Shown piece after piece: positions 30,601-32,000 of a DNA stretch of 32,000 nucleotides (the stretch's first letter is position 1; the number at the start of each line of letters is the position of its first letter). This DNA comes from Erysipelotrichaceae bacterium (lineage in GTDB: Bacteria; Bacillota_I; Bacilli_A; Erysipelotrichales; Erysipelotrichaceae): NCBI GenBank assembly GCA_963676105.1, contig OY781039.1, positions 540,001-572,000 of the forward strand, in the 5' to 3' direction. The position numbers and the translations under genes are program-made. The notes beneath the pieces are model-generated. The model ran no database searches and was not told the origin of the DNA. It saw nothing but the letters and a program-made list of their open reading frames with translations.

Positions 30601-32000
30601 TTAATTACATCCTGTTGTATCTAAAGTTACCGTAACAGTAGTACCACCATTAACAGTTGTACCTTGTCCTGGATTAACACTTCTAACAGCTCCACAACCT
30701 ATGCCATCACTCGTAGTAGCAAAACTCAATTTAAGAGTTGGGGCAGCATTATAGAATACTGAGGAAATTTCATCTTTGTAATCTTGTAAATTTGAGCTTG
30801 TAATAGAGTTCGAAATATATGATACGTATGGAACGTCTACAGGTAACGTCGAAGGATCAACCCCTTTTGAAACAACTAAACTAATACTTGATCCATAGTC
30901 TACTTTTGTTCCAGCTGCAATGCTTTGAGATATTACAACACCACTTGCGACTGAACTGCTATATTGTTCTGATTTATTTACTGTTAAACCTGTTTGTGAT
31001 GTAGTAGAAGTACCCGTAAACGTTGCAACCGTAATTTGAGTACCTTTTGATACAACAGCTGTAATAGTAGATCCAGGATTTACAGATCCGCTAGATGGAG
31101 ATTGTGAAGTAATCTTACCTTTATCTGTTTGATTTGCTGTATATGCTTCAGATGAACTAATACTTAAGTTAGCCCCTTTAGCATTAACTGTATTAACCCA
31201 TGATTGTAAATCAGCTAAAGTTCCACCTATTTTAGAGCTTACAGGAACTTGTCCAATTGAAACCGTTAAAGTGATACTTGTTCCTACATCAACTCTTGTA
31301 CCAGCAGCAATCGATTGTGATAATACTGTACCTGAAGCACTTGTACTATATTTTTCAGTAATGCTAATCTTTATACCTTCTTGTGTATCTGTTCTTGATG
31401 CAAATGTCTTAACGACAACACCTCCACCCTTGGAAACAGAAACAGTAATACTTGTACCAGGATTTACATCACCAGTCGTTGGATTTTGTGAAATAATCGA
31501 ACCAGAAGCTATTGAATCAGAGTAAGCAATACTTGAATTAATTTTTAAGTTAGCACCATCAGCATTGACACTATTAACCCAAGATTCAAGTTCAGATAAT
31601 GTTTTGCCTGCATAATTACTCATGCTTACTTTACCAAGTGATAATACAATAGATATCGTTGTGCCTTCCTCAACGCGTGTTGTTGCGCTAGGAGACATAG
31701 AAGTCGCGACATCTTTAGCTGTAGCGGACGAATATATATAGTCATATGTAACTTTCAAATTATTATCAGTAATAATCTTATCGATTTCTGATTTTGATTT
31801 TCCAACTAGATTTTCAATGACAACACCAGCACCTTTAGAAATCTTAATGGTTATTGAACTACCATCATATACTTCACTTTGGGCAGCTAATGATTGACTA
31901 AAGACTAATCCTTGTTCAGTTGAAGAGTTAAATTCTTCAATAAAATTGATTGTTATATTATTACTTGACCCCCAATTGGAGATTTCAGTTTTGGTATAAG
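30601..32000 (-). CDS. C-terminal extracellular part of a multi-PASTA-domain protein (PrkC/StkP-like Ser/Thr kinase or PBP2x-like); 5' end outside window
   Basis: The ORF-track start at 31758 is a TTG. The same frame stays open to the window edge (own translation 31998..31759: YTKTEISNWGSSNNITINFIEEFNSSTEQGLVFSQSLAAQSEVYDGSSITIKISKGAGVVIENLVGKSKSEIDKIITDNNL). At least six PASTA-like units ending in ...G.SI.L.VSKG, plus a distinct ~85-aa C-terminal domain. Confidence 0.85.
   Translation of the reverse strand, partial: YTKTEISNWGSSNNITINFIEEFNSSTEQGLVFSQSLAAQSEVYDGSSITIKISKGAGVVIENLVGKSKSEIDKIITDNNLKVTYDYIYSSATAKDVATSMSPSATTRVEEGTTISIVLSLGKVSMSNYAGKTLSELESWVNSVNADGANLKINSSIAYSDSIASGSIISQNPTTGDVNPGTSITVSVSKGGGVVVKTFASRTDTQEGIKISITEKYSTSASGTVLSQSIAAGTRVDVGTSITLTVSIGQVPVSSKIGGTLADLQSWVNTVNAKGANLSISSSEAYTANQTDKGKITSQSPSSGSVNPGSTITAVVSKGTQITVATFTGTSTTSQTGLTVNKSEQYSSSVASGVVISQSIAAGTKVDYGSSISLVVSKGVDPSTLPVDVPYVSYISNSITSSNLQDYKDEISSVFYNAAPTLKLSFATTSDGIGCGAVRSVNPGQGTTVNGGTTVTVTLDTTGCN

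Noticed and set aside
1-32000. Alternative genetic code (TGA = Trp, as in Mycoplasma/Spiroplasma), suggested by the low GC and Mollicutes-like gene sizes
   Set aside because: Long ORFs are intact under the standard code, Trp in conserved motifs is TGG (for example EAWLD at ~16478), and TGA terminates genes (smc at 12436..12438, polymerase at 17406..17408).

Overview
Low-GC chromosomal segment from a wall-bearing monoderm (Bacillota-like; finer taxonomy cannot be called from sequence alone). It uses the standard genetic code: TGA serves as a stop, for example at the polymerase gene end 17406..17408, and Trp is TGG. Positions 1-15.4 kb form one tightly packed minus-strand housekeeping array: smc-ftsY-ylxM-ackA-nrnA-membrane protein, then dnaE-response regulator-histidine kinase-methyltransferase. 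An apparently intact, oppositely oriented IS3-family element (5558..7349) splits this array. It appears to have inserted into the loop of the intrinsic terminator just upstream of the dnaE promoter. Positions 15.4-17.7 kb hold an SOS-type mutagenesis cassette: an XRE-HTH/S24 LexA-like repressor divergent from a Y-family polymerase plus a coupled 80-aa ORF. Two 19-bp palindromic operators sit in the 91-bp control region. Positions 17.7-32 kb are a cell-envelope region. It contains a three-gene minus-strand unit: a 2175-aa Cys-free surface protein with a C-type-lectin-like domain that keeps EPN/WND motifs, a single-pass membrane protein, and an MscS channel. Next come an SRAP/YedK-type peptidase gene and a membrane protein translationally coupled to a secreted GH73 glucosaminidase whose C-terminus is internally duplicated. 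The window ends in the multi-PASTA C-terminus of a gene that runs off the edge. I found no rRNA, tRNA, CRISPR array or recognisable defence system. The best candidates for undescribed biology are the lectin-adhesin/membrane protein/MscS operon and the non-canonical SOS cassette.
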